From: Arenimonas sp.
Lineage (GTDB): Bacteria; Pseudomonadota; Gammaproteobacteria; Xanthomonadales; Xanthomonadaceae
Direction: 5' to 3'
NCBI RefSeq assembly: GCF_047602345.1
Contig: NZ_JASGHN010000001.1
Coordinates: 41,668 to 105,667, forward strand
Length of the DNA: 64,000 nt
Shown here: positions 1 through 9,777 of the stretch, piece after piece
Position numbering within the stretch: the first letter of the stretch is position 1
How the letters are laid out: each line of letters opens with the position of its first letter
The notes under the pieces: model-generated
Told to the model about the DNA's origin: nothing
The model's input: only the letters and a program-made list of their open reading frames with translations
Databases searched by the model: none
Translations under genes and position numbers: made by a program

Positions 1-355
1 GTACGGGCTCGATGCTGGCTGCCAGTTCGTAGGACAGGAACAGGGCCCAGCCGCCGCGGAATGGCAATCCTTGCCGCACCTCTTCGACGGAACCGGACTC
101 GCGCTGCCAATCATGGTCGAGTGCGACGAGGAAATCTTCGGCCTCGACCGCCTCACCGCTCAGGCGGCGGACGATGCCGTCGCGCTCCAGGCAGAGGCCG
201 TCGCCGTCGGCGATCAGCAACAGGTCCCAGCGCGATAGCGAACTATCGGCGCGTCCCGTTCCAGCGACGCTCTCGAGCAACAAGGGATAGCGCGCTGCAT
301 CCAGGCGATGCAGGGACAGCAGGTCGATGCCGGTCGGCAGAACGCGTTCGATCAT
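1..355 (-). CDS. Aminodeoxychorismate/anthranilate synthase component I-like protein, N-terminal part (runs off the window start)
   Basis: Manual translation from ATG at 355: MIERVLPTGIDLLSLHRLDAARYPLLLESVAG...RWDLLLIADG...LPFRGGWALFLSYELAASIEP. LLES and PFRGGW..SYEL are PabB/TrpE N-terminal motifs. Lies directly after fabF. Not in the supplied ORF track. Confidence 0.8.
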   Translation of the reverse strand, partial: MIERVLPTGIDLLSLHRLDAARYPLLLESVAGTGRADSSLSRWDLLLIADGDGLCLERDGIVRRLSGEAVEAEDFLVALDHDWQRESGSVEEVRQGLPFRGGWALFLSYELAASIEPV

Positions 356-374
356 GCGCCTGCCCGTTCCCTCG

Positions 375-1613
375 TCAGATGCGCTTGAATACCAGCGTGC
401 CGTTGGTGCCGCCGAAACCGAACCCGTTCGATACGGCAACGTCGATCTTCTTCTCGCGTGCGACGTTCGGCACGTAGTCGAGGTCGCAGCCTTCGCCGGG
501 ATTGTCGAGGTTGATCGTCGGCGGAATCACGCCGGTGTGCAGGGCCAGCACGCTGAACACCGCCTCGACGCCACCGGCGGCGCCGAGCAAGTGGCCGGTC
601 ATGGACTTGGTCGAGCTGACCATGGTCTTGTAGGCGTGGTCGCCGAGCGCGCGCTTGACCGCCAGCGTTTCGGCCAGGTCGCCCAGTGGCGTGGACGTGC
701 CATGCGCGTTGAGGTAGCCGACCTGGTCGGCATTGATGCCGGCGTCGCGGAAGGCCATCGTCATGCAGCGCGCGGGGCCGTCGCCGTTCTCGCTCGGCGC
801 CGTCATGTGGTACGCATCGGAACTGGCGCCGAAACCGGCGAGCTCGCAGTAGATGCGCGCGCCGCGCGCCTTCGCGTGTTCGTATTCCTCGAGGATCAGC
901 ACGCCGGCGCCGTCGCCGAGCACGAACCCGTCGCGGTCCTGGTCCCAGGGACGCGAGGCGCGGGTCGGATCGTCGTTGCGCGTGGACATGGCCTTCATCG
1001 AGCAGAAGCCGCCGACCGACGTCGGCGTCGCGCCGTGTTCGGCGCCGCCGGCGACCATCACATCGGCGTCGCCGTACTGGATCATGCGCATCGCCATGCC
1101 GATCGAGTGGTTCGAGGTCGCGCAGGCCGATACGGCGGAAAAGTTCGGGCCCTTGAGGCCTTTCTGGATCGTCAGCTGGCCAGGCAGCATGTTGATGATG
1201 GTGCTGGGCACATAGAACGGCGAGACCTTGCGCGGACCGCCCTCGTGCAGGTCGATCGCCGTCTCTTCGATGCCGCGCACGCCACCGATGCCGGAGCCGA
1301 CGATCACGCCGATGCGTTCGGCATTGCCCTCGTCGACCTGCAGGCCGGAGTCGTCCAGCGCCTGGTAGCAGGCGCCCAGGCCGTAGTGGATGAAGGTATC
1401 CATCTTCTTGGCGTCTTTCGGCGGCAGGAAGGATTTCGGATCGAAATCCCGAACCTCGCCGGCAATGCGCGTGGCGTAGGCGGTCGCATCGAAATGGGTG
1501 ATCTGGCCGATGCCGGAGCGTCCGTTACGGATGCTGTCCCAGGCGCTGTCCAAGGTGTTGCCGATGGGCGAGACGATGCCCATGCCGGTGACGACGACGC
1601 GACGCTTGCTCAT
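375..1613 (-). CDS. fabF: 3-oxoacyl-ACP synthase II
   Basis: [12 protein letters not shown] start (ATG 1613, trimmed from the track ORF); SACATSNH catalytic Cys, [28 protein letters not shown]. Confidence 0.97.
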   Translation of the reverse strand: MSKRRVVVTGMGIVSPIGNTLDSAWDSIRNGRSGIGQITHFDATAYATRIAGEVRDFDPKSFLPPKDAKKMDTFIHYGLGACYQALDDSGLQVDEGNAERIGVIVGSGIGGVRGIEETAIDLHEGGPRKVSPFYVPSTIINMLPGQLTIQKGLKGPNFSAVSACATSNHSIGMAMRMIQYGDADVMVAGGAEHGATPTSVGGFCSMKAMSTRNDDPTRASRPWDQDRDGFVLGDGAGVLILEEYEHAKARGARIYCELAGFGASSDAYHMTAPSENGDGPARCMTMAFRDAGINADQVGYLNAHGTSTPLGDLAETLAVKRALGDHAYKTMVSSTKSMTGHLLGAAGGVEAVFSVLALHTGVIPPTINLDNPGEGCDLDYVPNVAREKKIDVAVSNGFGFGGTNGTLVFKRI

Positions 1614-1766
1614 GTTCTGCTCCGCTCTGCCGAGGGCGCGACCGTTCGCGCTCGTTGCGAAAAGGGAAGGAGCGCGCCTTCCGCCTTCCGGCCCCGTACG
1701 CTTCGCTGCGAAGCGCACGGAGTCTGCACAGGTTGTCGGCTTGTCGCCGGATGCCGCAAATACACA

Positions 1767-1786
1767 GGGCCGCGCATGCGCGGCCC
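1767..1786 (-). terminator. Perfect 20-bp palindrome GGGCCGCGCATGCGCGGCCC downstream of acpP, probable terminator or stabilising hairpin
   Basis: Self-complementary sequence 22 nt after the acpP stop, followed by TGTGTATTTG on the minus strand. Confidence 0.5.
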
Positions 1787-1808
1787 CGGTACCGAACCCG
1801 CCAGGCGA

Positions 1809-2048
1809 TCAGGCCTTGACGTGGGCCTTGATGTAGTCGATCGCCTGCTGGATCGAGGTGATCTTCTCGGCCTCTTCGTCCGGGATTTCGCACTCGAACT
1901 CTTCCTCGAGAGCCATCACCAGCTCGACGGTATCGAGCGAGTCGGCGCCCAGGTCGTCCACGAAGGAAGCGTTGTTGGTGGCTTCTTCTTCCTTGACGCC
2001 CAGTTGTTCGACGACGATCTTCTTGACGCGTTCTTCGATGCTGCTCAT
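1809..2048 (-). CDS. acpP: Acyl carrier protein
   Basis: [20 protein letters not shown] phosphopantetheine motif. Confidence 0.99.
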   Translation of the reverse strand: MSSIEERVKKIVVEQLGVKEEEATNNASFVDDLGADSLDTVELVMALEEEFECEIPDEEAEKITSIQQAIDYIKAHVKA

Positions 2049-2194
2049 GGAACTGTCTCCTCCCGGAGGAATGCAAGCGGACGCATTGTAGGCAAATGCC
2101 GGCCCCGACGGGCGCCCGACGCGCCGTGGCCTCGATAAAGTGGGTCTAGTCTAGCCTAATTCCCCGGCCGGCAAAGTGACGGCCCGTGCCCGGC

Positions 2195-2938
2195 TCAGGC
2201 CATGTACATGCCGCCGTTGACGTGCAGGGTCTCGCCCGTGATGTAGGCGCCCGCCGGCCCGGCGAGGAAGGCCACGGCCTCGGCGATGTCCTGCGGCTGG
2301 CCCAGGCGGCCCAATGCGATCTGGCCCTGCATCGCCGCCTTGGCGTCCTCGGGCAGGTCGCGCGTCATGTCGGTCTCGATGAAGCCCGGCGCGACGACAT
2401 TCACGGTCACGCCACGGCTGCCTATCTCCTTCGCCAACGACTTGCTGAAAGCGATGATGCCGGCCTTGGCCGCCGCGTAGTTCGCCTGGCCGGCATTGCC
2501 GGTGACGCCGATGACCGAGGCGATATTGACGATGCGGCCCTTGCGCGCCTTCATCATGCCGCGCATCACGGCCTTCGACGTGCGATAGACCGAGCTGAGA
2601 TTGGTATCGAGGATGGCGTTCCAATCCTCGTCCTTCATGCGCATCAGCAGGTTGTCGCGGGTGATGCCGGCGTTGTTCACCAGCACCGAGATCGGGCCGA
2701 ATTCCTTCGCGATGCCATCCACCAGCGCGTCGATCGCGCCGGCGTCGGTGACGTTGAGCATACGGCCGACGCCACCCCAGGCGGCCATGCGATCGGTGAT
2801 CGCCTGCGCACCGCTTTCGCTGGTCGCCGTGCCGATGACTTTCGCGCCGCGCGCGGCCAGCGTGTCGGCGATCGCCGCGCCGATGCCGCGGCTGGCGCCG
2901 GTGACCAGGACGATTTCGCCGTTGAATTCGCTGCTCAT
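2195..2938 (-). CDS. fabG: 3-oxoacyl-ACP reductase
   Basis: TGASRGIG, NNAGITRDNL and YAAAKAG SDR motifs; fab cluster context. Confidence 0.97.
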   Translation of the reverse strand: MSSEFNGEIVLVTGASRGIGAAIADTLAARGAKVIGTATSESGAQAITDRMAAWGGVGRMLNVTDAGAIDALVDGIAKEFGPISVLVNNAGITRDNLLMRMKDEDWNAILDTNLSSVYRTSKAVMRGMMKARKGRIVNIASVIGVTGNAGQANYAAAKAGIIAFSKSLAKEIGSRGVTVNVVAPGFIETDMTRDLPEDAKAAMQGQIALGRLGQPQDIAEAVAFLAGPAGAYITGETLHVNGGMYMA

Positions 2939-2995
2939 GCTTGCGTTCCTCTCGTAACCGTGGCGCGGCGTCAGCCGCGATTGTTCCGCTCGTGC

Positions 2996-3934
2996 TCAGC
3001 GCAGCTCGGCCAAAGCCGTTTCGAAATCGGCGGGAGCGCCAATGGCACGCCCGTCGAGCGATTTGTCGATACGCTTGACCAGTCCCGCCAAAACCTTGCC
3101 CGGGCCGCATTCGGCGAAACGCGTCGCACCGGCGCCGGCCAACGCCTGCACGCACTCGGTCCAACGCACCGGCAGATACAGTTGGCGCACGAGTGCATCG
3201 CGGATCGCTTCGACCGACGCCTGCACGCCGGCATCGGCGTTCTGCACCACCGGACGATCCGGCATGCGCCAGGACAGAGCGGCCATTACTTCACCGAGTT
3301 GCGTCGCGGCATTCCGCATCAGCGGCGTGTGCGAGGGCACGCTGACCGCGAGCTTGACCGCCTTGCGCACGCCGCGCGCGCCCAGTTCGGCCAAGGCGCG
3401 ATCGACGGCGGCGGCGTGGCCGCCGATGACGATCTGGCCCGGCGAGTTGTAATTGGCCGGCACCACGACTTCGTCGCCGGAAACCTGCGCGCAGACCTCG
3501 GCCACCATCGCGTCTTCCGCGCCGAGCACGGCGGCCATCGCGCCGGTACCGGCCGGCACGGCCGCCTGCATCAGGCGACCGCGCTCGCGAACCAAGCGCG
3601 CGCCGTCGCCCAGCGAAAGCGCACCTGCCGCGACCAGCGCGCTGTACTCGCCCAGGCTGTGTCCCGCGAAACGGGCCGGCTGCGAACCACCGGCTGCGAG
3701 CCAGGCGCGCCAAGCGCCTACGCCCGCCGCCAGCAGCGCAGGCTGGGTGAATTCGGTCTGGTTGAGTTGTTCTTCCGGCCCCTGCTGCGAAATCGTCCAC
3801 AGGTCGGCATCGCAACCCGTCGACGCTTCATCGAAGGCCGCACGGATTTCCGGGCGCGTTGCGGCGAGATCGCCGAGCATGCCGAGCGACTGCGATCCCT
3901 GGCCGGGAAAAACGAAGGCGAGATTGTCGAGCAC
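2996..3934 (-). CDS. fabD: Malonyl-CoA:ACP transacylase
   Basis: FVFPGQGSQ, TQPALL, GHSLGEYSAL; probable GTG start at 3934. Confidence 0.96.
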   Translation of the reverse strand: MLDNLAFVFPGQGSQSLGMLGDLAATRPEIRAAFDEASTGCDADLWTISQQGPEEQLNQTEFTQPALLAAGVGAWRAWLAAGGSQPARFAGHSLGEYSALVAAGALSLGDGARLVRERGRLMQAAVPAGTGAMAAVLGAEDAMVAEVCAQVSGDEVVVPANYNSPGQIVIGGHAAAVDRALAELGARGVRKAVKLAVSVPSHTPLMRNAATQLGEVMAALSWRMPDRPVVQNADAGVQASVEAIRDALVRQLYLPVRWTECVQALAGAGATRFAECGPGKVLAGLVKRIDKSLDGRAIGAPADFETALAELR

Positions 3935-4035
3935 CGGCAGCCCCCTGCTTGTGGACCGCGAATGATAAGGCTGCTGGCCGCCGAACGTCTGTACCGGGGC
4001 GTAGGGTCCAGGCCCCTGCTGCGTCGCTGCGGCTT

Positions 4036-4836
4036 CTAGCGAAACAGGGCCAGCCCGAGCCAGGTCGCGATGGCCGCGAAGGCGACGACCGCCAGGCCGC
4101 CGATCAGATTCCAGCGTCGGGCCGACGCCGGCTCCCGCAAGGCGATCAGTTTCGCCAACGCGCGCAGGTCGCGGCCACAGATGGGGGCCAGCGGACAAAG
4201 CCAGGAAAGGCGGCGCAGCGCATCTTCGAATTGCTGTCGCGCTATCTGCGGCTCGCGCGCCAGCGGTTGCGACACCAGCACGGAATAAGCGCGCAAGTCC
4301 GATTCGAAAAACCGGGCGGTGGAATACGCGTAGAGCAGCAGATCGCGCGCCTGCGCGGCCTCCAGGCTCATCACGGTGGTCGGATCCTGGTCGAGATCGA
4401 TGAAACCGATGCGGCCGTCGGACACCGTCAGATTGCGCGCGAACGCCTGGTTCAACCAGCCGCCCTGCGCGTGCAGGTCGGCCAGCGCGTCGAAGCCCGA
4501 GGCCACGAGATTCGCGCGCGCCTGCGCATCGGATTCGCGCTTGCAGGCGCTCGCCAGCGTCGCGCCGAGGTCGCTGATGACGATGGCTTCTTCGTCTTCC
4601 GCGAGTATCTGCGGCACGAGACAGCCCAGACCCTGCAGACGCTGGATCATCGCCTTCTCCGTCGCCCGTGCTTGCGCGGGCGGAAGCATCGCCGGAGGGC
4701 GCAGGGATTCGATGCCGAGCAGGTCGACGAAGCGGCGCAGCAGCGCCAGGCGCCAGCGCCTGGGCTCGTATTCGTAGCGTTTTCGCCAGGCGCGGACGCC
4801 GGCGGTGTCGATGCGTTTTACCCGCTCCGCATCCAT
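4036..4836 (-). CDS. Protein-kinase-like fold protein (Kdo/WaaP/InaA-like) with atypical catalytic loop and C-terminal hydrophobic helix
   Basis: EKAMIQRLQGLGCLVPQILA, ISDLG, LHAQGGWLNQAFARNL, IGFIDLD; C-terminal LIGGLAVVAFAAIATWLGLALF. Confidence 0.55.
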   Translation of the reverse strand: MDAERVKRIDTAGVRAWRKRYEYEPRRWRLALLRRFVDLLGIESLRPPAMLPPAQARATEKAMIQRLQGLGCLVPQILAEDEEAIVISDLGATLASACKRESDAQARANLVASGFDALADLHAQGGWLNQAFARNLTVSDGRIGFIDLDQDPTTVMSLEAAQARDLLLYAYSTARFFESDLRAYSVLVSQPLAREPQIARQQFEDALRRLSWLCPLAPICGRDLRALAKLIALREPASARRWNLIGGLAVVAFAAIATWLGLALFR

Positions 4837-4843
4837 GCCGCGA

Positions 4844-5818
4844 TCAGTAGCGCAGCAGCGCCGAGCCCCAGGTGAAACCGCCGCCGAAGGCTTCGAGCAA
4901 CAGGAGCTGGCCGCGCTGCACCTTGCCCGAGCGCACCGCCTCGTCCAGCGCCAGCGGCACCGAACCGGCCGAGGTATTGCCGTGCTTGTGTACGGTGACG
5001 ATCACGCGTTCCATCGGCATGTCCAGGCGCTTGGCCGTGGCTTCGATGATGCGCAGGTTGGCCTGGTGCGGAATCAGCCAGTCGATATCGTGGCGATCGA
5101 GATTGTTCGCTTCCAGCGTTTCCTCGACGACTGCGTCGAGCGCCTTGACCGCGTACTTGAACACTTCGCTGCCGGCCATCAGCACGCGCACGCCGGCGTT
5201 CTTCTCTTCCGGCTTGAAACCGGCGGAGACGCCGACGGGGTTGTACAGCAGTTCCTTCTTGCCGCCATCGGCATGCAAGTGCGTGGACAGGATGCCGGTT
5301 TCGCTGTCGGCCTTCAGCACGACGGCGCCGGCACCATCGCCGAACAGCACGCAGGTATTGCGATCGGACCAGTCCAGCATGCGGGTCAGCGTTTCCGCGC
5401 CGACGACGAGGGCCGTTTTCACCGCGCCGGAGCGGATGAACTTGTCGGCGACGGTCAATGCGTAGACGAAACCCGAGCAGGCGGCATTGACGTCGAACGC
5501 GGCGCAACCGTTCGCGCCGAGACGATGCTGCAGCAGGCAGGCGGTGGACGGGAAGATGATGTCGGGCGTGGTCGTGCCGACGACGATCAGTTCGATCTCG
5601 GCGGCATCGACGCCCGCCGCTTCCATCGCGCGTTTCGCGGCTTCGAAGGCGAGGTCGCCGGTGGTCTGGCCCTCGGCGGCGACGCGGCGTTCGCGAATAC
5701 CCGTGCGTGCGGCGATCCACTCGTCGCTGGTGTCGACCATCTTTTCGAGGTCGGCATTGGTCAGCACTTTCTCCGGCAGGTAACTGCCGGTGCCGGCGAT
5801 CCGCGAATAAACGCCCAT
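4844..5818 (-). CDS. fabH: 3-oxoacyl-ACP synthase III
   Basis: [23 protein letters not shown] triad motifs. Confidence 0.98.
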   Translation of the reverse strand: MGVYSRIAGTGSYLPEKVLTNADLEKMVDTSDEWIAARTGIRERRVAAEGQTTGDLAFEAAKRAMEAAGVDAAEIELIVVGTTTPDIIFPSTACLLQHRLGANGCAAFDVNAACSGFVYALTVADKFIRSGAVKTALVVGAETLTRMLDWSDRNTCVLFGDGAGAVVLKADSETGILSTHLHADGGKKELLYNPVGVSAGFKPEEKNAGVRVLMAGSEVFKYAVKALDAVVEETLEANNLDRHDIDWLIPHQANLRIIEATAKRLDMPMERVIVTVHKHGNTSAGSVPLALDEAVRSGKVQRGQLLLLEAFGGGFTWGSALLRY

Positions 5819-5856
5819 AACCGCTCCGAAGGTCCGCTTCCGCTTTCGCGGATCAG

Positions 5857-5889
5857 AAAAAGCACGCGGCGGGACGAAGCCCGCCGCGT
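5857..5889 (-). terminator. Rho-independent terminator after rpmF
   Basis: ACGCGGCGGG/CCCGCCGCGT 10-bp stem with a T-tract on the minus strand. Confidence 0.7.
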
Positions 5890-5926
5890 TCAGGATAGCG
5901 CCGGTCCGCCTCGGCGGACCATGGCA

Positions 5927-6121
5927 TCACTCTTCGACTTCAACCGCGGACTTCACGTCGACGACCTTGCGGCCGCGATAGAAGCCGTCCTTGGTCACGT
6001 GGTGACGCAGGTGCGTCTCGCCCGTGGTGGCGTCGGTCGCCAGCTGCTTGGCCGTCAGGGCATCGTGCGAACGGCGCATGCCGCGGGTGGACGGGGTCTT
6101 GCGGGATTTCTGCACAGCCAT
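5927..6121 (-). CDS. rpmF: 50S ribosomal protein L32 (Cys-less form)
   Basis: [22 protein letters not shown]...[14 protein letters not shown]. Confidence 0.97.
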   Translation of the reverse strand: MAVQKSRKTPSTRGMRRSHDALTAKQLATDATTGETHLRHHVTKDGFYRGRKVVDVKSAVEVEE

Positions 6122-6134
6122 TGGTGTTCTCCAG

Positions 6135-6647
6135 CTACTTCAGTTTTTCTTTCAGCGCCGACAGGGCGGCGAAAGGATTCGGTTTGTCTTCGTCTTCGTT
6201 CTCGTCCGCCCACGAGGCTTCGGGCAGACGCGCTTCCGGGTCTATCGGCACCACCGGCAGGGCCAGGATCAGCTCGTCTTCGATCAGCGCCACCGGATCG
6301 ATGTCGGCATCCCCGCTCAGCAGCAGCGGCTCCATGTCCTCCGGCAACGCGCTTTCCTGCGCTTCCTGGGTGATCAGGCCCAGGCGCTGGCGGATCTCCA
6401 CCGGCTGCAGGTAGCGTTCCAACGAACGCTGGCACAGCAGCGGCAGTCGGGCGTCCGCGCGGATCTCGACGAAAGGCAGATCCAGCGAATCGCGCCCGAA
6501 TTCCAGCGAGAACCGGCACTCCCCGTCGGTATCCGTCAGGCTGCTGCGTAGCCGGTGGAAACCGGACAGCGGCAGCGAACCTTCGAAACAACGCCGGGCC
6601 GCCACCATGCGCCATGCATCGACCACGGTGGGCAGGGAAGCGGACAT
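6135..6647 (-). CDS. yceD: YceD/DUF177 23S rRNA accumulation protein
   Basis: [38 protein letters not shown]; upstream of rpmF. Confidence 0.9.
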   Translation of the reverse strand: MSASLPTVVDAWRMVAARRCFEGSLPLSGFHRLRSSLTDTDGECRFSLEFGRDSLDLPFVEIRADARLPLLCQRSLERYLQPVEIRQRLGLITQEAQESALPEDMEPLLLSGDADIDPVALIEDELILALPVVPIDPEARLPEASWADENEDEDKPNPFAALSALKEKLK

Positions 6648-6808
6648 AAGAGCGAAATTGTAGGCTGCGTCCCCCACCCTGTCAAACCCGAAATCCTTCT
6701 GGCGACGAGGGTTTAGGGCCACGGCGAGCGGCCGACACCCCGCCCCTGTGGATTGCCGCTGCTCGGCAGGCTGGTGCAGACTGGCCCGCATATCCTCGGA
6801 AACCTCGG

Positions 6809-7297
6809 ATGACCCCTTCCCTGTTGCTCGGCCTGCTGGTTCTGGCGGCGCTCTCGGCCTATCTGCTCTGGCGGGGCCGCCAGCTGCGACGCCAGCGCAT
6901 GCTTGCCCGCCTGCTGGACCTGGCCGACGCGGTGGAGCGCCTGCTGGACCGTAGCCAGGAACGCATGCAGTCCCTGCAACCGGTGGTGGGCCGGGTGCCG
7001 GCCGATATCGGCGCCGTCGCCCAGGCCTCGCTCGAGCATGCCCTGCCCATTCGCGAGGCCAAGCGCGACGTGCTGCAGCACCGCCTCTGGATCCAGCAGA
7101 ACAGCGCAACGGCTGGCCTGACCGAACTCGACGCCGCCTGCGCCGCGCTCACCCGGGCGCGCGAAAAGCTCGAGCAACAGCTGGCGAACCTCGATTCAGC
7201 CGGCGCGGCCCTGGCCAGGGCCACCCGCGCGGCGGACGAAGCCGCGCGCCGCGAACCCGCGACCCTGCGGCGCCCTCCCTCCAACGGAACCTCCTGA
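6809..7297 (+). CDS. Hypothetical membrane-anchored helical protein
   Basis: N-terminal hydrophobic anchor followed by an amphipathic helical body; stop overlaps the maf start. Confidence 0.65.
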   Translation: MTPSLLLGLLVLAALSAYLLWRGRQLRRQRMLARLLDLADAVERLLDRSQERMQSLQPVVGRVPADIGAVAQASLEHALPIREAKRDVLQHRLWIQQNSATAGLTELDAACAALTRAREKLEQQLANLDSAGAALARATRAADEAARREPATLRRPPSNGTS

Positions 7298-7869
7298 TGC
7301 TCGTTCTCGCCTCCACTTCGCCGTACCGACGCGACCTGTTGAAGCGGCTCGGCATCGCCTTCGAAACGGCGCGCCCCGACGTGGACGAGATCCCGCTGAG
7401 CGGCGAAAGTCCGATGGCGCGCGCTCAGCGTTTGGCTGAAGCGAAGGCGCGTGCGGTCGCCGAGCGCCACCGCGACGCCTGGGTGATCGGCTCCGATCAG
7501 GTCGCCGAGCTCAACGGGCAGGCCCTGGGCAAACCGGGAAGTTTCGAGCGTGCCGCCGACCAGCTCGCCGCAGCCGCCGGCCACCGCGTGCATTTCCATA
7601 CCGCCGTCACCGTGTTCCGCCATAGCGACAAGCGCACGATGCGTTTTTGCGACCTGACCGTCGTGCAGTTCCGCGCGTTGTCGAACGCCGAGATCGAACG
7701 TTACCTGCATGCCGAACAGCCCTACGACTGCGCCGGCAGCTTCAAGGCCGAAGGCCTCGGCATCGCCCTGTTCGAGAGCATCGAATCGCGCGACCCGAGC
7801 GCATTGATCGGCCTGCCGCTGATCTCGCTGTCCAAGGCCTTGCGCCAGGCCGGCTTCAGCCTGCCCTGA
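7297..7869 (+). CDS. maf: Maf family nucleotide pyrophosphatase (YceF type)
   Basis: LVLASTSPYRR, VIGSDQV, LGKPG, CAGSFKAEGLGI, LIGLPL. Confidence 0.93.
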   Translation: MLVLASTSPYRRDLLKRLGIAFETARPDVDEIPLSGESPMARAQRLAEAKARAVAERHRDAWVIGSDQVAELNGQALGKPGSFERAADQLAAAAGHRVHFHTAVTVFRHSDKRTMRFCDLTVVQFRALSNAEIERYLHAEQPYDCAGSFKAEGLGIALFESIESRDPSALIGLPLISLSKALRQAGFSLP

Positions 7870-7884
7870 AGCACTTCGCCGGCG

Positions 7885-9729
7885 TCAACGCGGCGCTGCG
7901 ATCGTGATGCGTTGTTCGGGCCAGTCTTCGACGCTGCCGTCGCGTCCGTGCAACCGTAGCCCGAGCCGATGCCGACCAGGCGGCAAGTCCGAAGCGTCGA
8001 CGCGTGCGCGGAATCCGACCTTCGGTTGCGCGGTATCGCTGGAAATGCGCCAGTACTCGGCCACATGCGGCATGGCGATGCCGTATTGCACCGACCCGAT
8101 CGGTTTGCCGTCGAGCAATACGTCAACGCCGCGCAAGCCGGCACCATCCTTGAAAGCCCAGCCATGGATTTCGAATGCGGCCTGCACCTGCGCGCCGTGC
8201 GCCGGTGCGTCTATCCAGGCCAGGGCCGGCATCGCGCAAGAACCCGTTCGGTTCGCGGCATCGAACCGGTAGAACAGGAAACGCTTGCGGCCGTGCTCGA
8301 TGTTCAATGCGCGCACCATCGGCATGGCGCCGAATAGCGCGCAACGCGCGTGATAGATCGCGAGACGCTGCTTCAGCGGCACGGCGCTGTCTTCCACGAC
8401 GAGCAGCATATCGCCGGAAGATCGATCGCGCGGATCGAACAACGCATTCCAGGAATGCAACTGCTCGGCGCGGCCGTGCTTGCGGTTGCGCGCGTGGTCG
8501 AGGACCTGGATGTCGTCGCGGTCGAGCGCGAACACCAGCTGTGCCGCCAAGGCGAAATTGTCCGCGACGATGCGCGTTTCCGACGACGGCGATTCGCGGC
8601 GCACCGCATCGGCGACTTCGCGCCAGCCGGCAAAGCCATCTGGATAGGCCTTGGCCGTCAACCACTCGCTGCGAAGCGCGGCACTGCCGCCGAACGACAA
8701 CCAGGCGAGCGCCAACGCCAGCCCCGTCGCCGCGCCTGCATACACCGAAGCCCGCGCCCAACGTTTCCATTCGACCAGAACGGGCGGCGCGACGACGAGC
8801 AGCGCCAACCAGCCCGCCAAGGGCCAGTGAAAACTCACGCGTTCGCGATCGGCGAAGAATCCGAGCAGGAAATAACCGGCAACGGATACGCAGGCGACGC
8901 CATGCACCAACCGTCCCGGCGCGGAACCGTCCGCCTTCGGGCGGTGCGCACGCCGCCATGCCGCCAGCAGCAGCACGAACAGCGGCGGCGTCAGCAAGAT
9001 CGCCTGGATCGGCAACCACTGCCAGCTGTCGGCGTGGAAGCTCCAGGGGTTACGCTCGATCAACTGGAAGCGCAGGCCTGCGCCGCCATGCTGCAGGTTC
9101 CAGGTCAGCAATGGCAGCCACGCACAAGCGCCGAGCAGGGCGACGCCCCACAGGCGCGATTCGCGCAACAACTGCCGCCCGCGCAGATCGCAGAGCAGTC
9201 CAGCCAGACCGGCCATCACGACGAGGGCGAAGCGATAGTGCGAAAGCGCGCCCAGTACGAGGCCGCCGAGAAGGACAAGGCAACTCGACCAGGAAACGCG
9301 TTCGCGGCAGCGCGCAATGCCTTCCAGGCTCAGGAGTGCGGCGAATGTCATCGGCACATCGGGCAACGCCAGAAGACCGAGCAGGCCCGACAGCGGCATC
9401 AGCAGGGCGAGCAAGCCGGCGCGCCAGCCCTGTTCCTCGCCGAACCAGCGCGCCGCCTGCCGCACCACCAGCCATGGCAACGCGGCGCCCATGATCAGGA
9501 AAGGCAAGCGCACCGCAAGTTCGGTCTGGCCGCCCAGCGTGGTGCCGATACGGATCAGCCAGGCCGTCATTCCGGGCAAGTCGGAATACGCCCAGGCCGG
9601 ATGCCGGCTTTCCCAGGCATAAAAAGCTTCGTCGACGAACAAAGGCAGGCGCCAGGCCAGCACGAGCTTGAGGATCGACAACGACGCCCACAGGACGAGG
9701 AAATTCACGCGCAGATAATCGCGTTTCAT
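7885..9729 (-). CDS. GT-C fold glycosyltransferase (GT39/ArnT/PMT-like) with C-terminal Ig-like domain
   Basis: LFVDEAFY...AWAYSDLPGMTAWLIR first-loop motif, many TM helices, C-terminal WIDAP..GAQV...IHGWAFKDG beta-rich domain. Confidence 0.8.
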   Translation of the reverse strand: MKRDYLRVNFLVLWASLSILKLVLAWRLPLFVDEAFYAWESRHPAWAYSDLPGMTAWLIRIGTTLGGQTELAVRLPFLIMGAALPWLVVRQAARWFGEEQGWRAGLLALLMPLSGLLGLLALPDVPMTFAALLSLEGIARCRERVSWSSCLVLLGGLVLGALSHYRFALVVMAGLAGLLCDLRGRQLLRESRLWGVALLGACAWLPLLTWNLQHGGAGLRFQLIERNPWSFHADSWQWLPIQAILLTPPLFVLLLAAWRRAHRPKADGSAPGRLVHGVACVSVAGYFLLGFFADRERVSFHWPLAGWLALLVVAPPVLVEWKRWARASVYAGAATGLALALAWLSFGGSAALRSEWLTAKAYPDGFAGWREVADAVRRESPSSETRIVADNFALAAQLVFALDRDDIQVLDHARNRKHGRAEQLHSWNALFDPRDRSSGDMLLVVEDSAVPLKQRLAIYHARCALFGAMPMVRALNIEHGRKRFLFYRFDAANRTGSCAMPALAWIDAPAHGAQVQAAFEIHGWAFKDGAGLRGVDVLLDGKPIGSVQYGIAMPHVAEYWRISSDTAQPKVGFRARVDASDLPPGRHRLGLRLHGRDGSVEDWPEQRITIAAPR

Positions 9730-9777
9730 GCCAGCATGCTTTCCAATCCCCCCGAATCGCTCCCGACGGTACCGCCC

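Noticed and set aside
5818-5927. Missing plsX between rpmF and fabH
   Set aside because: Expected for Xanthomonadales, which are known to use PlsB rather than PlsX/PlsY
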